Source of the DNA: a virus
IMG/VR virus record: IMGVR_UViG_3300022752_000037
Coordinates: 1-64,000 of that record
Reading direction: 5' to 3' (one strand)
Length of the DNA stretch: 64,000 bases
The position numbers and the translations under genes are program-made. Shown in pieces: positions 29,125 through 38,852 of the stretch; position 1 is the first letter of the stretch; every line of letters starts with the position of its first letter. The notes beneath the pieces are model-generated. The model ran no database searches. It was not told the origin of the DNA and saw only the letters and a program-made list of their open reading frames with translations.

Positions 29125-29595
29125 TTATTTTAAATTCTTAAGTTTTTCAATTAGGCTGTTACGATCACTGACAATCATACCTGTTCCACTAACATCTATG
29201 CTATCGTTGGTAGTTTCTTTGTCTAATTTTTCTTTTTTTATCTGTAATTCAATCATTTTAAGTTTTTTATCTATCTTTGCAGCTTTAGCATCTATAGCAT
29301 TTTTAAGCATAGCACTAGCTACTTCAAAAACACGCCCGCTATATCGTGCTTCTACATTCATTCCTAAATCCATTAAATCATCAAAAGCATCAGTGGCACG
29401 TTGAGCGAGGCTATCGAATTCACCATCGCTCATATCTCCAAGGCCCTTAACTTGTGGTAGTGCAGCAGAGATTTTATCAAACTCGCCTATATCTCTAAGC
29501 AAGGGCTGATTAGCCTGTTTTATTTCTTCTCGCTCGGCTTTTTTAATAGTTTTTTTAGTTTCAGGTAAGTTAAGTATTTCTTCAAGTTTTTTCAT
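29125..29595 (-). CDS. helical protein, possible terminase small subunit
   Basis: 156-aa coiled-coil protein near the terminase; the assignment rests on size and context. Confidence 0.4.
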   Translation of the reverse strand: MKKLEEILNLPETKKTIKKAEREEIKQANQPLLRDIGEFDKISAALPQVKGLGDMSDGEFDSLAQRATDAFDDLMDLGMNVEARYSGRVFEVASAMLKNAIDAKAAKIDKKLKMIELQIKKEKLDKETTNDSIDVSGTGMIVSDRNSLIEKLKNLK

Positions 29596-29603
29596 ACAAA
29601 TAC

Positions 29604-30035
29604 TTATCTATTGGTAAACAAATCATTTTCGGTTAAGATTCGAAATTTGATTCCTTGTTTACCGCACCATTCATAGGCCGCACGCCATTTATATTGATTC
29701 TTAGCATATTGAATTTGATTATGCTTACTACGTCCTACATTTTCTTTAAGTGTCTGGCTAGCAGGCTTAACTTCTATAAGCTCTGTATTCATTTTATTAT
29801 TTTTATCTATATATTGTATAAAGAAATCTGGTACATATATTGTTTGTCGTCCAGTAAAGGGATCTTTGTAGGAAATTTTAATTGCTTCACTAGCCCATTT
29901 CATAATATTAGGGTTTGTATCACAAAAACGCATAAAACTCCATTCCCAACTACTTCGATATGTAGGTTGACGATTGCCTACATACTTCTCCGGGTTCATT
30001 ACATTATATTTTCCCTGTGCATAGTTTCGTGTCAT
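29604..30035 (-). CDS. gp4: head completion nuclease (T4 gp4-like, TnsA-like)
   Basis: PEKYVG, YRSSWE, WASE, YVPDF and IEVKP motifs. Confidence 0.88.
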   Translation of the reverse strand: MTRNYAQGKYNVMNPEKYVGNRQPTYRSSWEWSFMRFCDTNPNIMKWASEAIKISYKDPFTGRQTIYVPDFFIQYIDKNNKMNTELIEVKPASQTLKENVGRSKHNQIQYAKNQYKWRAAYEWCGKQGIKFRILTENDLFTNR

Positions 30036-30406
30036 TGACGAATATTTCTACTTTCATAATTTTCTATTATTAAAGGATCTTTAAATCCTAGACTACTAGT
30101 TTTTTCTCTATATGCATTAAGGATTTCGGCTACTACATTACTTAATTGTAAATCTGTTAACCCCTTAAGCGTTTCTAGAATTTTAAAAATATTGATATTT
30201 TCAATTCTACTTTGAGTTAAAAGTACAATGGATACACTTTTTGCGGCTAATTCGTCGAACCCACGATTAATAAAATATCCTACTACAGCATCTATCTGTT
30301 CTGCTGGAAAAGTAATTTCATGAAGAAAATATCTATCAAAAAATTTTTTTACTTTTATATCTTTTTGGGTTTCTGTATTTAAAGGTAAGTTTTGTTTGTC
30401 AATCAT
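30032..30406 (-). CDS. hypothetical virion protein
   Basis: 124-aa coupled ORF. Confidence 0.65.
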   Translation of the reverse strand: MIDKQNLPLNTETQKDIKVKKFFDRYFLHEITFPAEQIDAVVGYFINRGFDELAAKSVSIVLLTQSRIENINIFKILETLKGLTDLQLSNVVAEILNAYREKTSSLGFKDPLIIENYESRNIRQ

Positions 30407-31479
30407 GGCCCACCTGGTTCATTGTTTCCTGAGTAAGGAGTTGTTTTAGTTACATTGGAGTTTTGGTTTGTAGGGATAGGGAATACCGTATTCCCTATAC
30501 TTCCAGGACCTGCTCTAGCAACAGTTTGTAATCCACGAATAGCTATATTTGTTAATTCTTGTTTTACGCCTGTAGTAGTTAAAGCTTTAGCATTTTGATA
30601 AGTGTTTATTGTTTGTATAGCTGTAGTTATAAAATTAGCAGGACTTTCGAAAGCTTTACCAGAAGCAACGTTACCAAATACACTGCTAACACCTGCTAAA
30701 ACACCACCAGTTCCGAATACGCTAGCAGATCCACCCCCGCTAATTGTAAGTGGACTTGGAACATGATCGTAGTGAGATGATGCAAATCCTGGAGGATTAC
30801 CTTTTGAAACTGAACCATAATCGTATGTTACTGCTTCATAAGCAACAGTCATAGAATTTTGACTTGGACTTGTATCGGCATAATTCATTGTATCGTGATT
30901 GAATGCGGTAATTACTGGATTAATTAACTTTGCCATACTCCAGTATTTTCTAGCCATAAGGTAAATGCTTATATGATTAAAAAATGGTACAGTACTTCCA
31001 TTATCAAATCCGAAAGGAGAACGTATATGGCCTGCACCTAACATAGCAGTTCTATTATAATTCCCATTGATCTTTGCTGCTTCATTGTCTGCAAAATAAT
31101 AACTATAATAATTTTCCCAGAACATTCTTACTACATTAAAATTATCTTCGTGAAATGTTATAGTCACAGGTTGATAATCTATTTTTACTTGGACAACTTT
31201 TCTACGATTATATTGATTTAAAGACTCTGTTTGAATATTAAATTTAGGCATTTCAGCAGTTTTTACTAGCATGTTAAATTCTTCTTGATGCCTGTTATTA
31301 AAATTTAAACTTTTTAATGCTTTAAGATTTATACTAAAGCTAACATGATATTGAAATTTAAATTTAGGTGCTAAACGAATATCATCATCATCGAACAATC
31401 GTGCAGCATGACGAAAATCACTTACAATACCCTTAGGGTTAGTCAAGGATTTTAGGTAATTATTAATTTTTGATGTCAT
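30403..31479 (-). CDS. tail-tube-fold baseplate/tube initiator protein (gp54/gp48-like)
   Basis: VKTAEMPKF...NQYN...YQPVTITFHED pattern paralogous to the adjacent tube gene. Confidence 0.6.
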   Translation of the reverse strand: MTSKINNYLKSLTNPKGIVSDFRHAARLFDDDDIRLAPKFKFQYHVSFSINLKALKSLNFNNRHQEEFNMLVKTAEMPKFNIQTESLNQYNRRKVVQVKIDYQPVTITFHEDNFNVVRMFWENYYSYYFADNEAAKINGNYNRTAMLGAGHIRSPFGFDNGSTVPFFNHISIYLMARKYWSMAKLINPVITAFNHDTMNYADTSPSQNSMTVAYEAVTYDYGSVSKGNPPGFASSHYDHVPSPLTISGGGSASVFGTGGVLAGVSSVFGNVASGKAFESPANFITTAIQTINTYQNAKALTTTGVKQELTNIAIRGLQTVARAGPGSIGNTVFPIPTNQNSNVTKTTPYSGNNEPGGP

Positions 31480-31523
31480 ACTATATTTATCAGCATTATA
31501 ATATGCGTAGTTTATAAGAGTTT

Positions 31524-31551
31524 AAAAAAAAGCACCGTTTCCGGTGCTTTT
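31524..31551 (-). terminator. intrinsic terminator after the tail tube gene
   Basis: AAAAGCACCG-TTTC-CGGTGCTTTT hairpin with A/T runs. Confidence 0.8.
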
Positions 31552-31564
31552 AATTTTAGGATTA

Positions 31565-32203
31565 TTAACCTAGACCAGCTGAACCGGTAGCGAATTCTCC
31601 TATTGTACGAGCTACAACTTGTCCAACACCCTGAGCAATTGGGAACTGAGTACAGTTATCCATTTGTATGGTTAAAGCTATTGTAGCTGGAGCACTGTCA
31701 GAGTAGGCAAGATTTTGATAATTTGCCTGTTGAATGTAGCAACCGACTATATCCCATGTTTCTAAGACAAATCCGGATCCATCAATACCGTTTTGACCAT
31801 CAAGTATTTCGATTAGCATTTGAAACTTATAATTACTTGCAGCAGCAGCACTACTTTGTTCTAAAAAGTCAAACTGTTTCTGAAGTTGGGCCCCTACTGC
31901 TTTGCTAATGTTTCCATTAGCATCGTCTCGTAGATTTAATGTCATCGGGTTCCATGTGTGTTTTCCTGCATAATTAACTTTACTGTTATAAACGTCTATA
32001 ACCTGATTAACAAATTGTACTGTGGGTCTGGTAACATCAATTACCTGTTTTGTTAATTCATTTAAACCATTTCCACCTGTTCCAAACGAAATAAAGCTAA
32101 CTCTAAAGCGATATTTCAGCTTAGGCATTAGCATACCTTGAGAAGTAGCACTTTGATTAGATGCTAATGGAACTGTGAATTTTGAAAGTGAAGCAATTGC
32201 CAT
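31565..32203 (-). CDS. gp19: tail tube protein
   Basis: PKLKYRFRV, AGKHTW and LRDD motifs; directly downstream of the sheath gene. Confidence 0.85.
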   Translation of the reverse strand: MAIASLSKFTVPLASNQSATSQGMLMPKLKYRFRVSFISFGTGGNGLNELTKQVIDVTRPTVQFVNQVIDVYNSKVNYAGKHTWNPMTLNLRDDANGNISKAVGAQLQKQFDFLEQSSAAAASNYKFQMLIEILDGQNGIDGSGFVLETWDIVGCYIQQANYQNLAYSDSAPATIALTIQMDNCTQFPIAQGVGQVVARTIGEFATGSAGLG

Positions 32204-32218
32204 TTATATTCTCCTAAA

Positions 32219-35200
32219 TTAGCCTAAGCTCGCAATTTCACCTGTGTTCTTAATACGTAATGGAATGTAGATAAATTCTACAGCCTTTACAGGCTCGATA
32301 GCTACATCTAACCATAGCTCATTACGATCAATTCTACTTGGTGTGTTATTAGATTCGTCACAAACAACAATATAATCATATATTGCTCGTTGACTTACAA
32401 GTTCTACAAGTAAAGATTCTGCTGCTGCTTTTAATTGATCTCTTGTAATCTTATCGTTTGGTTCGAAAATATAAGGTTTAGCTAATATACTTAATTGTCT
32501 ACGTAGGTATACAATTAATCTGGCTACATTAACGCGGTCAAGAGCACTATTTCCTCTAGCTCTTGTTTTTTGTCCATAGCATACTAAACCAGTTCCTGTA
32601 AGGAATGTAATAGGATTAATCTTTTGTTCATACAATGTATCTCTACGACCTGTGTTAAGAGCTACACTTCTAAACTCACCTTCACCTGTTACATATCCAA
32701 CTGCTGTAGCATTTGTAATACCACCACGACGCACACCTGCTGGAGCAAACCATGGATAAGAAACTTGATCGCTTAGAGCAATTGTTCTTAGCATCATGTG
32801 ACTTGGTGGGACAACAACGTTGTTACCGAAGTTGTCGCTAGTAAAGCCCCACGGATAATACATAGCTACGTATTCATCAAACGTAGTAGCACCGATATCA
32901 TTATCTTCTACAGCGACTAATTCGTTACTACTCCATCTTAGTAAGCTAGTACCATCAGATGGTAGTCTAGCTGGACTATCTCCTACTACAAAACCTGTTA
33001 ATGCACGATCGTAGTTTAGTGTAACCAATTCGCCTATTAGCTCAGGATACCCTGGGCAAGCTAATAAATTAAACACACGACGCTCTTCGTCTCTAAGATC
33101 CTCGTTACTATTAACTGCTGCTTGGAGTGCTGTTACAACAACTTTTCTTTGGGCTTTACGTCCGAAACTACCTGATCCACTATCCTGATTTCCACTGATT
33201 GTAACCCAACGATGTGGATAATATGTTCCCATTGGACTGTTGTCACGTGGATTATCTTCTGATGGATTAATATAATCACGCTTGAATTGTTTTACATTAA
33301 ATCCACTACGACGTAAATTCCATAATAACATTCCTTTTGGATACAACGCAGGGTCCGGAGCATCTGGGTCTAAAAAGTCGCTTACAAGCAAGTCTGTAAT
33401 ACTACTTGCTTCTGCTCCTGCGTTTGATCCTACATCTGTCCAACGAACATCGGCAAATAATACACCTTCTTCTGTTGTTTGATCACTAGTATCACGCTTG
33501 ACCCAACGCTTCACAACTGGAACATTTGTTAAGTTAGCATTATAGACATAAATTTGTGGAAAGTTTTCTAGATCACTAGTATCGACCCAAATGTCACCGT
33601 TAACTAATGATGTTACACCGTCACCTTGGGTTTCAGGTGCGCTTGCAGCCGCAATCGGACCATTAACACCTGAGTAAACATTTTTGTAACCTTTCCAAGT
33701 TGTTCCATTATGTACCATGATGTCTACTTCATCAATAATACTACTGTACCAAATCTGTCCATCATCAGGGATACGCTCAGGAGCTGTTCCAGAAGCAGCA
33801 TATGCTAGTGGTTCCCAATTACTCGCGATAAATTCATTTGTAGCATCTGGAGCATCGTGCAAGAAACGAGTTTTTCCTGAATTAATTGCACCTGGTTCAT
33901 AATCAAACACTGCAAAAATTAAAGGTAAAGGACTGGTTCCTGAACCGTTATCAAAACGCATTTCACCACCATTTAGATGCTTAATTACTAAACGATTTTG
34001 TGAATCTACTTCTGCTTGAACAAATTGAAATGCTGCATTATTAATTGCCGCCGCCAAAGTGTCTGCATCTAATGGAGCTTCTGTTGAATCGTCATTTACT
34101 GTTGTAGCTGCTGTAAATGTAATTGTTTTAATGGTTCCTAATGTCCCATCTAATAAACTTTCACGCATTTGAAAACTATATGATGTTCCGTCTGTGAAAG
34201 TATTTGCTAGAATAGGATTACTAGTTATAACTGTTTCTCCAACAGTTCCACGTTTCCATATTTTAAAATTTACAATTGCAGGACTGGCTTCAGTATGATT
34301 TGTTTGAGCATATAGTGCTCCGGTTAATAAATTCTTTCCGCCTCCAGTAGGATCCAAACCATAAATTGCCGAATGACCATTACTATATACTGGGCATCCT
34401 ACACGTTCCCATGCTAAAGTACCGCTATTAAAACGTTGGACATAGATATTTGCACCATTATTAGGTGTGGTAGTTTTTATCCATACACTGCCGGATGGTT
34501 TTGGAGTGGCGTCACTTGACTTCCATTCTGGAACCTGAGTATGAGGACTAACTTGTAATGCTAGACCTCCTGTTGCCCAGTTTGTTGAACCTACAGGCAC
34601 CCATCCAGTCCCTGCTTTTTTATAGTATAAACCATGTTCATAAACATCACCGTGAACAGTTGTTAATGTTGAAGTTGCTGGATCTGTATCTACAGAAACT
34701 ATTGCATAGTCTCCGAATGAACCTACTGCTGCTTTTGGAGCACCTGTAGTGATATCAACTTTACTTACTTCTGTAATAACTATGGGTGTTTTGCTTACAA
34801 ATTTTTGTCCTCCTGCTGTAATAGCAGAAGAATCCCATTCAAATATCCCAAATTTTGTAATACCTGTATGGAACCAATGTGTACCTCCTATTGGAGTACT
34901 AGCTGGTTCTGTAGCAGAGGGCTGTAATTGATTTAAATCAATATCTGCTCTTACTACATAAGCTCTATTACTTACTCCTAAAAAGCTATAGGCTGCTTGT
35001 AATCCATATTCATTTAACTCGCCAGCATGAACTGGATTTCCACTGATATCTGTCTGAAATACTGGATCTCCAAAATAATCAGCAAGGTCACGTTGACTGG
35101 TTAATAGATAAATTTGTCCGGCATTAGCTTTTAGAGTTCCTAGTGCTAAACCTGATCCGGATCCGTTAGTTTTGTTCTCAGCCGAGGCAACCACAATTAA

Positions 35201-35281
35201 AGGAACTGTGCCAGGTTCGGCTGGTGTATAAAATGACTCGTCAATAACTTTGACTTCTACGCCTGGTGAACTTAATGCCAT
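32219..35281 (-). CDS. gp18: contractile tail sheath protein
   Basis: Starts MALSSPGVEV; WFAPAG, INPI, RVNVARL and PVKAVEFIYIP motifs; RBS AGGAG. Confidence 0.92.
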   Translation of the reverse strand: MALSSPGVEVKVIDESFYTPAEPGTVPLIVVASAENKTNGSGSGLALGTLKANAGQIYLLTSQRDLADYFGDPVFQTDISGNPVHAGELNEYGLQAAYSFLGVSNRAYVVRADIDLNQLQPSATEPASTPIGGTHWFHTGITKFGIFEWDSSAITAGGQKFVSKTPIVITEVSKVDITTGAPKAAVGSFGDYAIVSVDTDPATSTLTTVHGDVYEHGLYYKKAGTGWVPVGSTNWATGGLALQVSPHTQVPEWKSSDATPKPSGSVWIKTTTPNNGANIYVQRFNSGTLAWERVGCPVYSNGHSAIYGLDPTGGGKNLLTGALYAQTNHTEASPAIVNFKIWKRGTVGETVITSNPILANTFTDGTSYSFQMRESLLDGTLGTIKTITFTAATTVNDDSTEAPLDADTLAAAINNAAFQFVQAEVDSQNRLVIKHLNGGEMRFDNGSGTSPLPLIFAVFDYEPGAINSGKTRFLHDAPDATNEFIASNWEPLAYAASGTAPERIPDDGQIWYSSIIDEVDIMVHNGTTWKGYKNVYSGVNGPIAAASAPETQGDGVTSLVNGDIWVDTSDLENFPQIYVYNANLTNVPVVKRWVKRDTSDQTTEEGVLFADVRWTDVGSNAGAEASSITDLLVSDFLDPDAPDPALYPKGMLLWNLRRSGFNVKQFKRDYINPSEDNPRDNSPMGTYYPHRWVTISGNQDSGSGSFGRKAQRKVVVTALQAAVNSNEDLRDEERRVFNLLACPGYPELIGELVTLNYDRALTGFVVGDSPARLPSDGTSLLRWSSNELVAVEDNDIGATTFDEYVAMYYPWGFTSDNFGNNVVVPPSHMMLRTIALSDQVSYPWFAPAGVRRGGITNATAVGYVTGEGEFRSVALNTGRRDTLYEQKINPITFLTGTGLVCYGQKTRARGNSALDRVNVARLIVYLRRQLSILAKPYIFEPNDKITRDQLKAAAESLLVELVSQRAIYDYIVVCDESNNTPSRIDRNELWLDVAIEPVKAVEFIYIPLRIKNTGEIASLG

Positions 35282-35290
35282 CTTGGATTC

Positions 35291-35360
35291 TCCTAAGGTT
35301 TCTGTTCTAATATTATTTATAGTATTCCTGCAAAAATAATCAGTTATAACCTTAGGAAAA
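35291..35360 (-). promoter_or_regulatory. late promoter TATAAATA within an SD-sequestering inverted repeat
   Basis: TATAAATA at 35314-35321; arms TCCTAAGGTT (35291-35300) and AACCTTAGGA (35348-35357). Confidence 0.65.
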
Positions 35361-35391
35361 GGTACAAAAAAGGGCAACTAAATAGTAAATT

Positions 35392-35730
35392 ATGCGTCCG
35401 TTATGTTTGTGTAAACTAAGACCTGCCGCCATTAATTATAAAAAAAATGGTAAAATTTATTATAGAAAAAAATGTGAAACATGCTTACGCTATGGAGGCG
35501 TAAGCAAAGGAGATCCGAAATGGTACCAAGAAGGATACAGAATAAAATTAATCTGTGATAAATGCGGTTATAAAAGTAAACATAAAGAACAATTTGATGT
35601 TTATCATATAGACGGAAACTTAAACAATAACCGGTTCGCTAATTTAAAGACAGTATGTGCGAATTGTCAACGTGTTCTGCATATTGAGCATCATATTTGG
35701 AGGCGAGGTGATCCTCAACCAGATTTTTAA
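35392..35730 (+). CDS. HNH endonuclease-like Zn-binding protein
   Basis: CDKCG...HIDGNLNNN...NLKTVCANC; TAAATA at 35379-35384. Confidence 0.75.
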   Translation: MRPLCLCKLRPAAINYKKNGKIYYRKKCETCLRYGGVSKGDPKWYQEGYRIKLICDKCGYKSKHKEQFDVYHIDGNLNNNRFANLKTVCANCQRVLHIEHHIWRRGDPQPDF

Positions 35731-36337
35731 GTTGGCCGAACAATGTGTCCATGCTGCCGTTATTATCTATAATATAGTCTATGTCTCCACCGACCCAGCT
35801 TGTTTCACTAGAGTGGATATTTAATTCTGACATTCGTTGTTTACTAATTGCCCAACTCATGTTGGTAGGGCCTTTATTCATGTTAACAGCATCATCATAC
35901 CAGTCAGGATCTGGACCACGACGAACTCTTACTACTAGACCTTTGGCATTGTGTATAGCTTGAATTTCGTTAGGAAATCTTACATCACTGATAACAATGT
36001 TATCTTTAGTTTTTCTCAGTTTATTTTCTAGACTAGCAATCCAGATATCATCGTGAAACCCTTGACGACATACTTCAGTGCCCCAATATTGTAAAACCCA
36101 ACGTGGAGTAATTTGTCTGCCTAACCGATTTGACCACCAAAAATCTACTTGATCACGCCAAGCACGACTTTCTGCTGTGCGTCCTTCTAATAGGGTTCTA
36201 TCCCAGCCAAACACTGCTGCTACAGCATCTTTTAAGGTATTGGCGAAACTGTCCCGCCTGAATTCATGAAAATTAACAAGGTAATCTGCTGCGGTATCTT
36301 TGCCAGATCCTATAAATCCAACGAAGCCAATGATCAT
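35639..36337 (-). CDS. gp1: deoxynucleoside monophosphate kinase
   Basis: GFIGSGKDT, FANTLK, LQYWGTE, SDVRFPNE and HSSE motifs. Confidence 0.9.
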   Translation of the reverse strand: MIIGFVGFIGSGKDTAADYLVNFHEFRRDSFANTLKDAVAAVFGWDRTLLEGRTAESRAWRDQVDFWWSNRLGRQITPRWVLQYWGTEVCRQGFHDDIWIASLENKLRKTKDNIVISDVRFPNEIQAIHNAKGLVVRVRRGPDPDWYDDAVNMNKGPTNMSWAISKQRMSELNIHSSETSWVGGDIDYIIDNNGSMDTLFGQLKNLVEDHLASKYDAQYAEHVDNSHILSLN

Positions 36338-36359
36338 AGTATCTCCTTAGTGATACTAT

Positions 36360-36388
36360 ATTTTATAAAATTTATTCTACATTGTCAA
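36360..36388 (-). promoter_or_regulatory. sigma70-type promoter of dNMP kinase
   Basis: Minus strand TTGACA-17 bp-TAAAAT. Confidence 0.7.
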
Positions 36389-36391
36389 GAA

Positions 36392-36748
36392 TTATACACC
36401 ATATTTGTTAGGTTTTGGCTTGGCTACTATACTCTGTTTATTTACTGATTTTAATTCTTGACTTGGGCCTTTTCCAACTATAGTTTTTCCTTTAATGCCT
36501 TGGTTTTTCTGTGCTTGGTTAACTATATCTTCTTCACCTTTACTGTACATCCAAACAGCAGGAACATCTTTAGCCGGCCCTTCTTTAGCTACTGGTTTAT
36601 CAGGAGCTCCTGCCATGGCTATACCAAATCTATACATTCCATAATATTGATCTATATCTCCGTACTGTTTAGCATGAGATCCAGATTGTTTGATATTTTT
36701 ACCTAGTTTTTTTTCTGCTTTTTCAATTAATATATCTCTAACTTTCAT
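36392..36748 (-). CDS. hypothetical basic virion protein
   Basis: 118 aa, N-terminus MKVRDILIE, ends NKYGV. Confidence 0.6.
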   Translation of the reverse strand: MKVRDILIEKAEKKLGKNIKQSGSHAKQYGDIDQYYGMYRFGIAMAGAPDKPVAKEGPAKDVPAVWMYSKGEEDIVNQAQKNQGIKGKTIVGKGPSQELKSVNKQSIVAKPKPNKYGV

Positions 36749-36751
36749 AAG

Positions 36752-37513
36752 TTAACCTATCACAAAAGTATATCCTGTGCCACCAGGTATCAAATCAAAT
36801 AATTCTTTTTCAAGCCTCTCAATATCAGCTAATCCTTGTGTTTTAAGATCACCCCCGTTAAGTTGACTACCTCCTTGGGGTCCAGCAATAGTAGCAAATT
36901 TGCTTCTTGCTTCTCCAAGTATAATTTTACAATTAGCCAAGGTATAATCTAAAATCCACTGGCGTGCATATAGATCGTTTAAAAGGACAAAATCGGGCCT
37001 AAAATTCTGTACTCTAAGCATTAGTGTTTCACCCTCTGTGAATGGACGTTGTAAAACTCTAAAAGTTCTGCTATATTGAATCCATTGAAATTCGATATAA
37101 CTTCCAAAGATTTTACCTATCATTTCTTGGTAACTAGCAAACATATAGTAAGTTGCTATGCCGCCTAACATTGTACTGTTTAAAAGATAGGTGTTAGTAT
37201 AAGCTAGATTGAATGGTTCGAAATTAGTGCCTGTTCCACCACCAGTTCTGCTTCCTAATGTTCTACGAAAACAACTTTGTACATTGATAATTTCATCGCT
37301 AAGTTTATAATCATTTTTATCTTTTTCTAAAGTCAAAAAGCAATAACTTTCTTCTACACTATTACTACTGCGTTGTCTAAATTTAGCTAGGGTACGATTA
37401 AGTGCTGTTTCATAATGTGTAGGGTCTAGTTCGACATCGATCATACCGTCGCCTAGCATTGTTCTGCAATAATCGTAAACTTTTTGACGTTCTTCTTGCG
37501 GATTATCGTTCAT
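36752..37513 (-). CDS. gp13: neck protein (T4 gp13-like)
   Basis: LGDGMIDVEL and WILDY...GEARSKF...GPQGG motifs; start at 37513 after GGAG. Confidence 0.8.
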   Translation of the reverse strand: MNDNPQEERQKVYDYCRTMLGDGMIDVELDPTHYETALNRTLAKFRQRSSNSVEESYCFLTLEKDKNDYKLSDEIINVQSCFRRTLGSRTGGGTGTNFEPFNLAYTNTYLLNSTMLGGIATYYMFASYQEMIGKIFGSYIEFQWIQYSRTFRVLQRPFTEGETLMLRVQNFRPDFVLLNDLYARQWILDYTLANCKIILGEARSKFATIAGPQGGSQLNGGDLKTQGLADIERLEKELFDLIPGGTGYTFVIG

Positions 37514-37528
37514 ACATTTCTCCATTAA

Positions 37529-37543
37529 TATTTACCATAAATA
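37529..37543. promoter_or_regulatory. back-to-back divergent late promoter boxes
   Basis: TATTTA at 37529-37534 (minus-strand TAAATA) and TAAATA at 37538-37543 (plus), between the divergent neck genes. Confidence 0.65.
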
Positions 37544-37550
37544 TATTACT

Positions 37551-38852
37551 ATGCCACGTTTATCATTATACCGTCCTGAAAAGGGTAACGATTACAAATT
37601 TTTAGACAGAAACATTAGTGAAATGTTTCAAATAGGTGGAACCGATTTATACTTTCACAAGTATATTGGACCCCTCAACACTCCAGAAGGCGAATCTACT
37701 CCTGAAAGACCTCACTATGCCAGTCAAAGTGAAACCAACATACAGGATTTACTTTTTTTAGAAAATCGAGATAGAAAGTATGATTCTAGTATATATACAT
37801 TACGTGGAATTTATAATGTAGCAGATATAGATTTTAATTTAAGTCAGTTTGGATTATGGTTAGATAATGATACTTTAACCTTAACTGTTCACATTAACGA
37901 TACAGTAAAATTAATAGGACGTAAACCTTTAAGTGGTGATGTAATTGAGTTACCACATCTACGTGATGAATTTGCTTTAAACAATTTTGATACTGCTCTT
38001 CCTAGATTCTATGTCATTGAAGATGTAGGGCGTGCTAGCGAAGGATTTAGTAGAACTTGGTATCCTCATTTATATCGTTTAAAATTAAAAAAAATCACAG
38101 ACAGTCAACAATATGCTGATATATTAAAAACGCCCACAGATAAAGATGCTAATTTTGTTGGAGATTATAGCGAAACAACTACATATCAACCTGGAGAGAT
38201 AGTTAGATTTCAAGGAGGGTTGTATACTGTATTATCTATAATTACTGGAACCGAACCACCGGATACAACATATTATATGCCCTATGTAGAAACCACCATT
38301 AGAGATATTTTGAGTACTCAAAATAAAGCATTAGAAATCAATGATGCTATAATTTCAGAAGCAGAAGAAAACACTCCAAAAAGTGGCTATGAAACTAGAC
38401 AATTTTTTACATTAGCTGCTAATGAAGAAGGAAAGCCTGCTTTAATTACAGCTGATGATACTTTACCGCCTCCTGATGCAAGTTCTACAACTATGGATGC
38501 TAGCAGAATTATGGAGCGTCCTATTAGAACTGGTTATGCAGGATATATGTTAGGAGATGGAGTACCAGATAATGGAGTACAATTTGGGTTTGGTGGGAGC
38601 TTCCCCCAGGGTGCGATAGAAGGAGATTATTTCTTACGTACTGACTATGTGCCTAATAGACTATTTCGTTATACCGGAAATCGTTGGCTAAAACGTGAGG
38701 ATAATGTACGACATACATTAACAAATACTGATACTAGAAAAACTCGTAAAACTAGCTTTATTAATAATACAAATGTTGATAATATAGGCGGTACAAATAT
38801 TGAAGAACGTCAACCAATTAGTAAGGCCCTTAAACCTAAGGCAGATTTATAA
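37551..38852 (+). CDS. neck/head-closure protein (T4 gp14-like)
   Basis: Starts MPRLSLY; QDLLFLENRDRKY, LSQFG and GDVIELPH motifs; position next to gp13 and gp15. Confidence 0.65.
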   Translation: MPRLSLYRPEKGNDYKFLDRNISEMFQIGGTDLYFHKYIGPLNTPEGESTPERPHYASQSETNIQDLLFLENRDRKYDSSIYTLRGIYNVADIDFNLSQFGLWLDNDTLTLTVHINDTVKLIGRKPLSGDVIELPHLRDEFALNNFDTALPRFYVIEDVGRASEGFSRTWYPHLYRLKLKKITDSQQYADILKTPTDKDANFVGDYSETTTYQPGEIVRFQGGLYTVLSIITGTEPPDTTYYMPYVETTIRDILSTQNKALEINDAIISEAEENTPKSGYETRQFFTLAANEEGKPALITADDTLPPPDASSTTMDASRIMERPIRTGYAGYMLGDGVPDNGVQFGFGGSFPQGAIEGDYFLRTDYVPNRLFRYTGNRWLKREDNVRHTLTNTDTRKTRKTSFINNTNVDNIGGTNIEERQPISKALKPKADL

